From Acidobacteriota bacterium (GTDB lineage Bacteria; Acidobacteriota; JAAYUB01): a DNA stretch of 64,000 bases. Made by a program: the position numbers and the translations under genes. The notes beneath the pieces are model-generated. The model searched no databases. It was not told where the DNA came from and saw only the letters and a list, made by a program, of their open reading frames with translations. The DNA is taken from positions 4,485,871-4,549,870 of the forward strand of contig JAXGLX010000002.1 in assembly GCA_040768985.1 (NCBI GenBank). Direction: 5' to 3'. Positions 17,748-28,600 of the stretch are shown piece after piece (positions within the stretch are counted from its first letter, which is position 1; each line of letters starts with the position of its first letter).

Positions 17748-19109
17748 ATGCGGGCGTTGCTGACTGTCGGGTTGATCGGCATCTTGCTGGCCCTGGCGGC
17801 CGCCCAGGGGGATCCGCGGGACCTGCCGCGGGTGCAGAGCGCCAACATCGTCTACCTGGGCTCCTTCGCGCTGCCGGAGGGCGACTTCGGCGGCTCGCGG
17901 TTCGGCTACGGCGGCAAGGGACTCTGCTTCTACCGGGAGCCGTCCGGCACGCCCTCGTTGTTCCTGCAGGGGCATGACTGGTACCCCGGGTTCGTGGCCC
18001 AGGTGTCCGTGCCGGACCTGGGCGGAACGGCGACCGTGCTCCAGGAGTTCCGCGACGTCACCGACGGCGCGCTGGCGACGCTGGCCACGTCGGATTCGTT
18101 CGTTTACGGCATGATGGTGTACGACGGGCGGCTCATCGTGGGCGCCTCGTGCTACTACGACGGGGACGCCAGCCAGGTGAACTCCCACGGCGTCTCGACC
18201 TTGAACCTGGCCGCCCCCGACGACTTCCAGGGATTTTACCCGATGGCCGCCGAGGCCAATCCGCGCTCCCTGGGGGGCTACATGACGGTGATCCCCGCCG
18301 AATGGCAGGCGCTGCTGGGCGGACCGGCGCTGACGGGCAAGGGATGCCTGTCCATCATCTCCAACAACAGCGCCGGACCGTGCGCCACGGTGTTCGACCC
18401 CGACGACGTGGGCGCCGCCAGCCCGATCCCCGGCTTCACCCTGATCTTCTACCCGCTGGCGCACCCGCTGGCGCCGGAGACCACCACCAACGAGCTGTTC
18501 AACCTGGCCACCCACATGGCGGGCATCGCCTTCCCGCCGGGGAGCCGGAGCGTGCTCTTCTTCGGGCGGCAGGGGACCGGGACCTACTGCTACGGCGTCG
18601 GCGGCGGCGTGGAGTGCGACGACCCGTGCGACGACAGCCACGGCACCCACGCCTGGCCGTACCGCCATCAGGTGTGGGCGTACGACGCCGCCGAGCTGCT
18701 CCAGGTGCGGAGCGGCGCGAAGGCCTGCTGGGAGATGCGTCCCTACGCGGTCTGGGCGCTCGAGGGGATGACCGGCGGCACCTGCGCCGACATGGAGGGC
18801 GCCGCGTACGATCCGGCGACGGGCCGCCTCTACGTCACCGAAAGCTACGCCGAGGAGCCCCGCGTGCACGTCTACCGGATCATGGTTCCGTCGGCGGTGA
18901 CGCGGGACGGCGACATCAACGGCGACGGCGGGTGCGACGTGCGCGACGCCGTGGTGCTGGCGGTGACGCTGGCGGGCGGCCTCGCCTCCGGCACGCCCCC
19001 CTGCGCGCGCCCGCTGGCGTGCGATTTCACCGGCGACGGGTCGCTGGACGCCGAGGACCTGCTGATCCTGGGCGCCTACTTCGCCGGCAGCCGGACCGCG
19101 CTTCCCTGA
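17748..19109 (+). CDS. Secreted hypothetical protein with C-terminal dockerin-like duplicated Ca-binding segment
   Basis: Track ORF 17745-19109; signal-peptide-like N-terminus; DINGDGGCDVRD and DFTGDGSLDAED loops each followed by a hydrophobic helix. Confidence 0.7.
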   Translation: MRALLTVGLIGILLALAAAQGDPRDLPRVQSANIVYLGSFALPEGDFGGSRFGYGGKGLCFYREPSGTPSLFLQGHDWYPGFVAQVSVPDLGGTATVLQEFRDVTDGALATLATSDSFVYGMMVYDGRLIVGASCYYDGDASQVNSHGVSTLNLAAPDDFQGFYPMAAEANPRSLGGYMTVIPAEWQALLGGPALTGKGCLSIISNNSAGPCATVFDPDDVGAASPIPGFTLIFYPLAHPLAPETTTNELFNLATHMAGIAFPPGSRSVLFFGRQGTGTYCYGVGGGVECDDPCDDSHGTHAWPYRHQVWAYDAAELLQVRSGAKACWEMRPYAVWALEGMTGGTCADMEGAAYDPATGRLYVTESYAEEPRVHVYRIMVPSAVTRDGDINGDGGCDVRDAVVLAVTLAGGLASGTPPCARPLACDFTGDGSLDAEDLLILGAYFAGSRTALP

Positions 19110-19285
19110 CCGGGCCGGTGTCGGGATCACCGGCCGGGCCGCAAACCGGCCGGCCTCGTTGATTCACGCGCCGATCACTTCACCACCACCTTGAGCAGCG
19201 TACCAGCCGGCAGGGCGTCGTCGAGCTGGACGCCGTTGAGGATCGCCGCCGCCTCGAGCTTGTCCGCGGCCACGCCCAACTGCTG
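19011..19285. repeat. Left copy of a ~275-bp diverged direct repeat (about 90% identity to 30423-30700) covering the dockerin-gene 3' end, the intergenic hairpin and the M48-peptidase 3' end
   Basis: Direct alignment of the two regions by eye. Confidence 0.8.
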
Positions 19286-19450
19286 GAATGCGAGCAGGGG
19301 GTGGTCGAAGGTCTGGCCCTCGCCGTAGCCTTGGCGGAGTCTTCACCGACAGCCCTGACAGGGCCGGTTGCGCCTGGCTGTACCGAGGCACGCTGCGACG
19401 CGCCGCTTTCGTGACGTCCTCGGGTGAGGTTCAACCCGTCAGGGTTTGTG
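19175..19450 (-). pseudogene. Decayed remnant of an M48 peptidase gene (paralogous to 30586-32067) with an internal deletion
   Basis: Reverse-complement reads ...RQGYGEGQTFDHPLLAFQQLGVAADKLEAAAILNGVQLDDALPAGTLLKVVVK*, matching the intact peptidase C-terminus but missing about 440 bp; right boundary uncertain. Confidence 0.6.
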
Positions 19451-19562
19451 GAGATAATCGGTGCGGGGCATCCTGTGTTCAATCTGCCGACTCCATCCGG
19501 TTGCGGAGGCTCTCGAAGCCCTCGCGCAGGGACTCCCGGCACTTCCGGCGTCTGCTAGCTTC

Positions 19563-19592
19563 TTGATTGAGTGTAGGTATTATGTGTAATAT
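19563..19592 (+). promoter_or_regulatory. Candidate promoter TTGATT-N18-TAATAT in an AT-rich patch upstream of the giant gene
   Basis: Hexamers read directly; locally low GC in an otherwise GC-rich window. Confidence 0.3.
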
Positions 19593-19664
19593 ATCCAACA
19601 TTCCCACAATCAGGCGGGACGCAGTTTGCGGGTGATGTTTTCCGGCCGGAAGGGTAGGTGAAAC

Positions 19665-22600
19665 ATGTTCAGATCGTCCCTGACACGGCACGGCAGCTTC
19701 TTCACCGGTCAAGAGCGGACGGATCGCCGGCAGCGTCCGGCCGGTCGCGTCGGACGCTGCGGGTTCGCGGTCGGGATCGTATTCATCGCCCTGGCCCGGC
19801 TGGGCGCCCAGGACCTGGAGATCGCCGGCGACCCATCGATCAACCGGTGCGAGGCCAAGGTCTACACCCTCACCCTGCAAAACGATTCCGGAAATCCGTT
19901 GACCCGCCTGGTGGCGAGTGCCGATCTCTCGCTGTTGACGGGATTTTCGTACGTGCCCGGCAGCACCTCGATTTGGGTCAACGCCGAGCCGGTGTTCTGC
20001 ACCGCCGATCCTGCGGCCGGCGGCGGCTCCTTGATCTGGGACCTGGATGCGCTTTGCGGCCCGACGGTGGGCCTGGACGATGGCGACACGCTGAGTGTCA
20101 CCTTTCAGCTTCAAACGGCGTGCGCCGCCGTCTCCGGTTCCCTGGGCAGCCGGTTTAACTATGACATTGCGGGGACGCCGTCCGAGATCTTAGCGGCCCG
20201 CGCCATCCAGGTGTTGCCGGGCCGGCTGAGCATCCGGAAAACCCCCAGCGTCATCTCCCAGGAGGTGGGTCAAAACGTCACCTGGACCATCGCCGTGGAG
20301 AACACCGGCCTGGGAACGGTCCGGAACGTGGTGGTGACCGACGGGTTGGGGGCGGGCCTCGAGTACGTGGCGTCGTCGCCGGCCGGCCTCAACGCCGGGC
20401 CGACGACCCGCTGGGATGCGGCCCAGGTGCCGGGCCTGGCGCTGATGGTTCCCGGCGACATCATCACCCTCGACGTCACGGTGAAAGTCATCGCCTGCAC
20501 CGGCCTGGACAATTCCGCCGACGCGCGGTGGGGCTGCAACCCGGCGACCGACTGTTTCGACACCGCCGTCGACGGCGGGACGGCCACCGCGGTGGTGCAG
20601 CGGATCCCCCGTTCTCCCAGCCTGAGCTTGACGCCCCCCGACATCGGTTTCTCATACTGCGAGGACAGCGGCCCGCAGGCCTTGAGTGTGGAGAATATCG
20701 GTGACGGGACGGCCCGAGCGGTCGAGCTGTGGATCGACTTCAGCCCGCTGGCCGTCGCCGCGTCGTCGGTCCCCTACAACGCCGCCGGTTACTTTGAGCT
20801 GCCCGACATCGCCGCTGGCGGCCGTGTCGACGTGACGTTCACCCTGGCGTACGCCGGCTGGTGCGGCGGAGCCGACCTGGCGGGAACGCTGATCTGGCAA
20901 CCGCGCTACGCCGACGACTGCGGCGGCGCCTATTTCGCCCCGGTGGAATACAGCGAGATCCTCCCGGCAACCGGGACGCCCGGCCTTTCGGTCGACGTCA
21001 CCGGCGCCCCCGACGTCATCTCCATCGGGGACGCGGTCACGTACGCCGTCACATCCAACTATTCGGGGACCTTGAACTGCGGCGCGGGGAGCGTCGGGGC
21101 CGTCACCGTCACCGACACGGTCCCCGCGGGCTTCACCGTCGTGGACGCCGGCGGCGGGACCTGGGTTCCCGGGGCCGGCGGCACCGGCGGCGCGGTGACC
21201 TGGGCCTATCTCCCTCCCGCCACCCTCGCCACGACGCTGACCCTCCAAGCGCCCCTCCGGGACGAGTGCGAAACCTGGTGCTTCACCACGTTCGCCAACT
21301 CCGTCGAAGCCTCCGTCACCGACTGCTGCGGCTGTGAGCACACGGCGGCGGCGTCGCAGTCTTCGGCGATCGTGTGCGAGGAACTGGTCATGGTCACCCG
21401 GACCGCCACGCCGGCCACCGCGGAGCGCTGCTCGAATATCCTGTACACCAACATGTATGCATTCGACGGCTCGGCCGGCGCCCTCCTCAACGAGTTGGTG
21501 TTCACCGAACGGGCCGACCATCAGCAGCAGTACGTCCCCGGATCGCTGACCGTCACTTTCGACGGCGGTGACGTCACCGGATGCGTGCTCGTCACCGACA
21601 CGACCCCGGGCGGGACGCTGACCCTCGACTTCTCCGGTTGCGCCGCCGCCGCGGTGGGCGCGAAAGCGCTGGTCATCACCTACCAGCTGACCATCACCGA
21701 GGCCACCGCCGCCGCCTGCGGGGGAACGGAATTCTACGCCTGGTCCGCCCTGCAGCAGGGGAGCACCGGATCCCAGTGCCTTGTGGACGGGACCATCTAC
21801 GAGGCCGTCGCCGTCGCCGTCGAGGCGCCGGCCATGTCTCTCCGGTTGTCGGGCCTGTCGACGGTCGTGGACCGGTGCCGGACGGAGACGGTGACCCTCA
21901 CCCTGGCCCAAACGTCCATGGCCGCCAATCCCCGGGACGTCCGGCTCGTGCTGTCCGGCCTGAACTATTACGTGGTCAATCCAAGCGCAGCCATTTGCGC
22001 CGGCGACGTTTCGCCCATCTCCTGCACCCCCGCCCTGGTGGGGGACGACTTCGTCTGGTATTTCGGCGACGGATTCACCGGTGCCGGGCAGAGTTGCGTC
22101 CTCCAGTTCCAGGTGCAGAAGCGCTGTTCCGGCGGGGGGAGCCTGGAGGCCACGGCCTTCTTCGACGACCGCTGCCACGACGACGGCGTTTATGACGATA
22201 CCTGCTCCGTGAGTGGCGGCCTGACCCCCGCCGCCATCCGCGGAGGCGACCTGCTGGTGGAAGTGAGTCCGGAGGTCTACCAGGCCGCCTCCTCTTCGGT
22301 GGAGTGGAAGGTTTTCGTCACCAACCGGGGCGCGGGCACCGCCGCCAACGTGTGGGTGGATCACTTCCTGGGCGCCGGGCTCGATTTCAGTTCCGCTGTC
22401 GTCGACGACATGACCGGCGTCACCGTCACCGCCGACATGGACCACACCGGGGGCGCCGTCAACGGCGCCACCGTCGCCATCGACGCCCTGGCGCCCGGCG
22501 AGCGGCGGGAAATTTCCTTCCACGCGGTCCTGATCGACACCTTTAACCTGACCCTCGACGTGGCCGCCGCCTGGGGCTGCGTCGGCGTCGACTGCCAGTC

Positions 22601-25600
22601 GGCCGTGCGGGACAGTTCCACGGTGGAGACCCTCACGCCCATGCTGGTGGACACCGCCGTCGTGACCACTCCCGTGGATGCCTGCGGCGGCTCCACGGGC
22701 ACGCTCACGCTCCGCAACGCCGGACAGACCGCCTGCTACAACGGCCAGGTCACGGAGACGTTGCCGGCCGGCCTGCGGTACGTCTCCGGCACGACCCGCT
22801 GGCGGGTGAACGGCGGAGCATGGAACGGGCCCGACGCCGCCTACGACCCCAATCCCACCGTCTCTCCCCTGCGCTGGACCGCCACCGGGATCCCGGGATT
22901 GGCGGTTCTGAACCCGGGGGACACCCTGGATGTGGACTACGACTTGTCCGCGGACTGTCCCTTCACCGGCGGGCCGGTCACGGTCACCGTGTCGTACGAG
23001 GACCCCGGCGGGCAGGTCATCAACAATCCGGCGTCCACCTTCTCCGTGGCGTTCCGGGCGCCCGACCTCCGGGTGACGAAAACCCGGGCCGACCAACCGG
23101 TAAGCTGCGGGGAACTCATCGAGTGGACCATCGCGGTGGAGAACCAGAGCGGCTACACGCTTCCCATCGTCTGGGTCGAGGACACCCTGGATGCCGCCTT
23201 TACCTTCAACTCCTCGGTGGGAGACCCGCCCTACACGGCCGACGACGGCACCTTTGACGGCGTGAATCGGGTCAGCTGGGAACTGAGCTATCTTGGTCCC
23301 GGAGAAACCGCGATTCTGACCTTGCGGGCCTCATTGGATTCATCACCCTGCAGCCCGGACCTGGACAACACGGTCCGGGCCTGGTGGGGTTGCGGAACCG
23401 CCGACGGCTCGTCTGCAACCCAGCCAGGCGTGGATCCTCCCGATAACGGCCTTTGTCTGAACCCGACGCCGGTGAGCTACGTACGCACCGAGACCCGGCA
23501 GCCGAGCTTGACCGATTTCGCCGTCGGCCTCTCCCCCGCATCCATCGATGCCTGCAACGGCGGCACCGAAGTGACCTTCGCGTGCGCCAACACCGGCACC
23601 ACGGATGCTTTCCTCCTCGATGTCGAGATCTCCCTGCCCGCCGGGCTGACGTACAATCCCGGGACCGCCCGACTGTATGTCGGAGCCGACGGCACGGGCG
23701 CCACCACACCCATCGCCGATCCCGCCGTTTCGGGGAATCGGCTGATCTTTTTCGACACGGCCGACAAGGTCAACAACCTGGTCGATGTGCTGCAGGCCGC
23801 CGGTGGCAGCGACACGCTGGTGCTGAAATTCGAATTGCGATCGGATTGCTTTTTCGCGGCCGACCTGGGATACGCCGTGCGCTTCTACGACTGCTGCGGC
23901 GACACCCAGTACCAGCTCAGCGGCAGCCAGACAGTGCCGGCGCTCAACCCCGAGCTGACCGTCACCCAGGCGCCGGCATCCGCGCAGATCGCCTGCGGGG
24001 GACAGCAGGCCTGGACCATCACCGTCACCAACACGGGGGCGGGTAACGCCCAGGTGGTCCGAATCGAGGACACGCCCGGCGCCTGGATTACCGTGGACCC
24101 GGGCGCCTCCACCGCCGGGCTGACGGACCTGGGCTCCGGAAAGTGGGGCTGGGAGATCAACGATCTCGCCTCCGGCGGCGCGCAGGTCTTCACCCTGGCG
24201 GGAACCCTGAACCCGGCCGGGAACGGCTGCGATGCGTCCCGGCGCGAAAACAACGTCCGGGCTGTCTGGGGGTGTGGCACCGCCGGCGATGCCACCGACG
24301 GCGATCCCCTCACCCAAAGTTACGACTGCACCTCGGCGGTCTGGGCGACCGCCCCGACCGCCATTCTCCGGCTGCCCAACCTGGCCGTTGGCGCCGTCGC
24401 GCCTGCGGCCGCCTGCGCCGCCGACGGATCCTTCACCGGCAGCATCGCCGTCTCGATCGTCAACGCCGGCGACGGGAGCACCGGCGGCGGCTTCCTGATC
24501 CAGGCCGCCGACGGGCAGGGCTGGACCGGCACCTTCGCTTGCGCCAACATCCTCGCCGCCGGAGAAACTCTGAACCTCGACATCCCGGGCTCCTCCTGGT
24601 CGCCGGCGTGGGTGCCCGCCTGCACCCCCTGCGCCGCGGCCTCGCCCTACAGCTTCACCGTCGTGCTCGACCCGACGGGCGCCGTCTGCGAGTGCGACGA
24701 GAGCGACAATGCCCTGGCCGGGATCCTCTTCGACGTGCACCGCCCCGAACTGGCGGTGACGGACATCGATTTTGCGCTCGTCGCCTGTTCCGGCGACCAG
24801 GTCGCCGGCGCCATCCGCGTCCGCGTGGACAACACCGGGTGCGCAGACGCGGCCGGGGTCGTGGTTCGACTGACAGCCGACTGCGGGCTCACCTTCGGCG
24901 ACCAGATCACCAATGTGCCGGCGGGATCCCACACCCTGGCCGAGTTCCCGATCGTTGACGGTGCTTGGAACGACTGCGCCGACGAAACCTGCGCCTTCAC
25001 GGTCGCGGTGGATCCGGCGGGGCTGATCTGCGAGTGCGTGAGCGGCGGCGACACCCTCGGACCCGTGACCCACACGCTGTCCCTCCCGGACCTTGAGGTG
25101 ACCGACATCGAGCTGGGCGCCCTGAGTTGCGACAGCGGCGTCGTGTCCGGTTCGGCGTCCGTCACCGTCCGCAACGCGGGGAGCGGCGCGGCGGGCGCCT
25201 TCAGCGTCAGCCTGTCCACCCCGGCCGGCCTGGCGTTCACCGACCAGCCCGTCGCCGCGCTGGCTGCGGGCGAGAGCATCACCCTCGTATTCCCCGCTGC
25301 GGGGAGCCTGCCCGACTGCTGCCTCTGCGCGGCCGATTTCACCGCCGCGGCCGACGCCGCCCAGGCTGTCTGCGAGTGCCGGGGGGACAACAACGTCCGC
25401 ACCGTCCGGCCCGCGGCTGCGGACAAGATCTACTGGACGGACGAGAGTGCCGGCGCCATCCAGCGCGCCGAGGCCGACGGCGCCTCCGTGGAAGCGGTGC
25501 TCGCCGGGCTGGCCGGACCCCGCGCCGTGACCCTCGACGGGACCGGCGGCAAGATGTACTGGCTCGAGCCGGCCGGCGGCGTTCTCCGCCGGTCGAACCT

Positions 25601-28600
25601 GGACGGCACCGATCCCGAAACCCTGCTGGACAGCCTGTCGGCGCCGGTGGCCCTGGCTCTCGATCCGGCCGCCGGTCTGCTCTACTGGACCGACGCCGCG
25701 GGGGTGCACCGGGCTGGCCTCGACGGCGCCGATCCGGAGAATCTCATCCCCTCCGTGACGGATGCCGCCGGCATCGCCGTCGACTCCATCACCGGACGGC
25801 TCTATTTCGCCCAACCCGACGGCCGGATCCGCGGGGCGAACCTTGACGGCAACGACCTTCAGGAGGTGATCGCGGGCCTGGGCAGTCCCTTCGGCCTGGC
25901 GCTGGACATCCGGAACGGCATGCTCATATTCTCCGATCCGCTGACCGGCCTGATCCAGCGGATCTATCCGGACGGCACCGGCCTGACAACCGTGCTCGGC
26001 GGCCTGGAGTCCGCGGTGGGGTGCCTGGCCCTGAACGCGGAGGCCGAAACGGTCTACTACGAGACCCGGGGCGCCGCCATCCGCCGGGTGGGCCTGGACG
26101 GCGCGGGGGACGCGGCGATCGTCGACGGCCTGGACCAGTCGGGCGGTGTGGCCGTCCTGAAACTCAACACGGCGCCTACGGCCACGGAGATGAACCAGAC
26201 CCGCGACTATCTCCAGGGCGCCGCGACCGTGCCGCTCAACGATATCGTCGTGACCGATCCGGACTTCTGCGATACGGTCATGGCCGTCCTGATCCTGGCC
26301 GACCCGTCGTTGGGCGGTCTGTCCGACAGCAGCGGGCACGGCGAAACCTACGACGCCGCGGCGGGCCGGTGGACGGTCACCGGATCCGTGGCGGACGTCA
26401 ACGCCGCCCTGGCCGACGTCGCCTTCCTTCCGGTCCCCGACAATCCCGATGCCGAAACCGTCACCGTCCGGATCCGGGACGCTTCGGGGGCAGGCCCCGC
26501 CGATGGCGCCGTGGTCCTGGGCGTGATTCCCTATCCGGTCATTTCCGGGAGCGTCCGGCTCAACGGCGCCGGTGTCGCCGGCGTGGCGATGAACGGCCTG
26601 CCGGGCGGCATCGCCACTGACGCCTCCGGCGGCTACAGCGCCGTGTTGCCCCACGACTGGTCCGGGACAGTCACCCCGGACCTCGCCGGTTACCATTTCA
26701 CTCCCTCCAGCCGGACCTACGCCAACGTCGCCGTGGACCAGCCGGACCAGGACTATACCGCCACGGCCGCCACCGCCGCCGTCCTGGTTTCGGAACCGAA
26801 TCCATCGGTCTTCGGCGATCCGGTGACCCTGACGGTGACGGTCTCTTCCGCCGCCGGCCCGCCGCCCGGCACGGTGCGTTTTCTCGACGGCGCCGTCGAG
26901 ATCGGATCGGGGACACTGTCGGCCGGAGCCGCCGCTTTCTCCACCAGTCTGCTCTCCGGCGGGCTCCACGTCCTCACCGCCGCATACGACGGCAGTCCCG
27001 GCTACGAGACATCGGTTTCACCGCCCGTGAACCACCCGGTCAACCCGGCCGCCACGGCGACGAACCTCTCGTCGGCGCCCAATCCCTCGGTCTTCGGCGA
27101 CGCCGTGACCCTGACGGCCGTGGTCAGCTCCGGAGCGGGCACGCCGTCCGGGACAGTCACCTTCTTCGAGGGAGCCACGGTTCTCGGGAGCCAGGCGCTG
27201 GCGGGCGGTGTCGCCACTGTGGTTATTCCGTCGCCCCCTGGCGGCATTCACGGCTACAGCGCCGCCTATTCCGGCAACGCCGACCACCAGCCGTCCGCTT
27301 CGGCCGTCCTGAACCACTTGGTTCAACCCGCCCCCACCGCCACAACCCTGTCGTCGGCGCCCAATCCCTCGGTCTTCGGCGTCGCCGTGACCCTGACGGC
27401 GGTGGTGGTCTCTCCCGTCCCGGCGCCCGCCGGGAGTGTGGCCTTCCGCGACGGCGTCGTGGTGCTGGGAACGGTCGTCCTCTCCGGCGGCGGGACCGCG
27501 GTGTTCACCACGTCCGCGCTCACCGGGGGGACGCATTCGTTGACGGCCGAGTATCTCGGGACCGCGAACCACGCGGCCTCCACCTCCCCGGCCGTCCTGC
27601 AAACGGTTCGCCGGGCCGCGACCGCCACGACGGTCTCGTCGTCCGTCAACCCGTCCCGGTACGGACAGCCGGTGACGTTCACCGCCGCGGTGGCCGGCCC
27701 CGGGAGTCCGCCCACCGGCACCGTCGTTTTCCGGGCGGACGGCGCCGATCTCGGTCCGGCGGTGCCCCTGTCGGGCGGCATGGCCGTCCTGACCACTTCC
27801 GACCTGGCGGTGGGCGGCCACACGATCACCGCGCACTACCGGCCCATGGCCGACCCGAATCACCTGCCCAGCGAGGAGTCGCTGACCGGCGGGCAGAACG
27901 TCGTCAAGGCAGACACGACGACCGCCCTGACGACCAGCCGATCGTCGAGATATGGAGAAGCGGTCAACCTCACGGCCGTCGTGGCGGTGATCCCGCCCGG
28001 GAGCGGAATGCCCTCGGGAACGGTGACGTTTTTTGACGGAGTGACTACCCTGGGAACAGGTACACTGTCGGGCGGAACGGCGACCTTCACCACGACGGCC
28101 CTGGCGGTGGGGCCGCACCAGCTGGCGGCCCGGTTCGAGGGGAACGCCTCGCTGAATCCCAGCGTATCGCCGTCCACATTCCACCGGGTGTATATGGCCC
28201 TAACCGGCACGGTGCTGGCGGCCGCGCCGAATCCCTCGCACCGGGGCCAGACTGTGACGTTCACGGCGACGGTGACGGCGACACCTCCGGGAGCGGGAAC
28301 GCCCACCGGGACGGTGACGTTCCGGGACGACGGGGTCGCTCTCGGCAGTGCGCCGCTGTCGAACGGTACGGCGACGTGGGCTACCGCGCAGTTGACGATG
28401 GGCACGCATCCTATCACCGCGGGATATTCCGGTGACGAGAATTTTCGGTCGAGCGATTCGGAGATCCTGTCCCAGGCCGTGGAACGGGCGGAGACGGCCA
28501 CCACGCTCCATGTGTCACCGAGCCCCGTCTGTCCGGGCGGGACGGTGACCTTGACGGCCATGGTGTCCGTCGTGCCCGCTGGTGAAGGGACACCGACGGG

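Noticed and set aside
20652-26969. Two very long minus-strand ORFs (814 and 1208 aa) inside the giant-gene region
   Set aside because: Antisense to the single uninterrupted 3558-aa ORF with coherent domain content; their translations are low-complexity Gly/Arg/Asp-rich.
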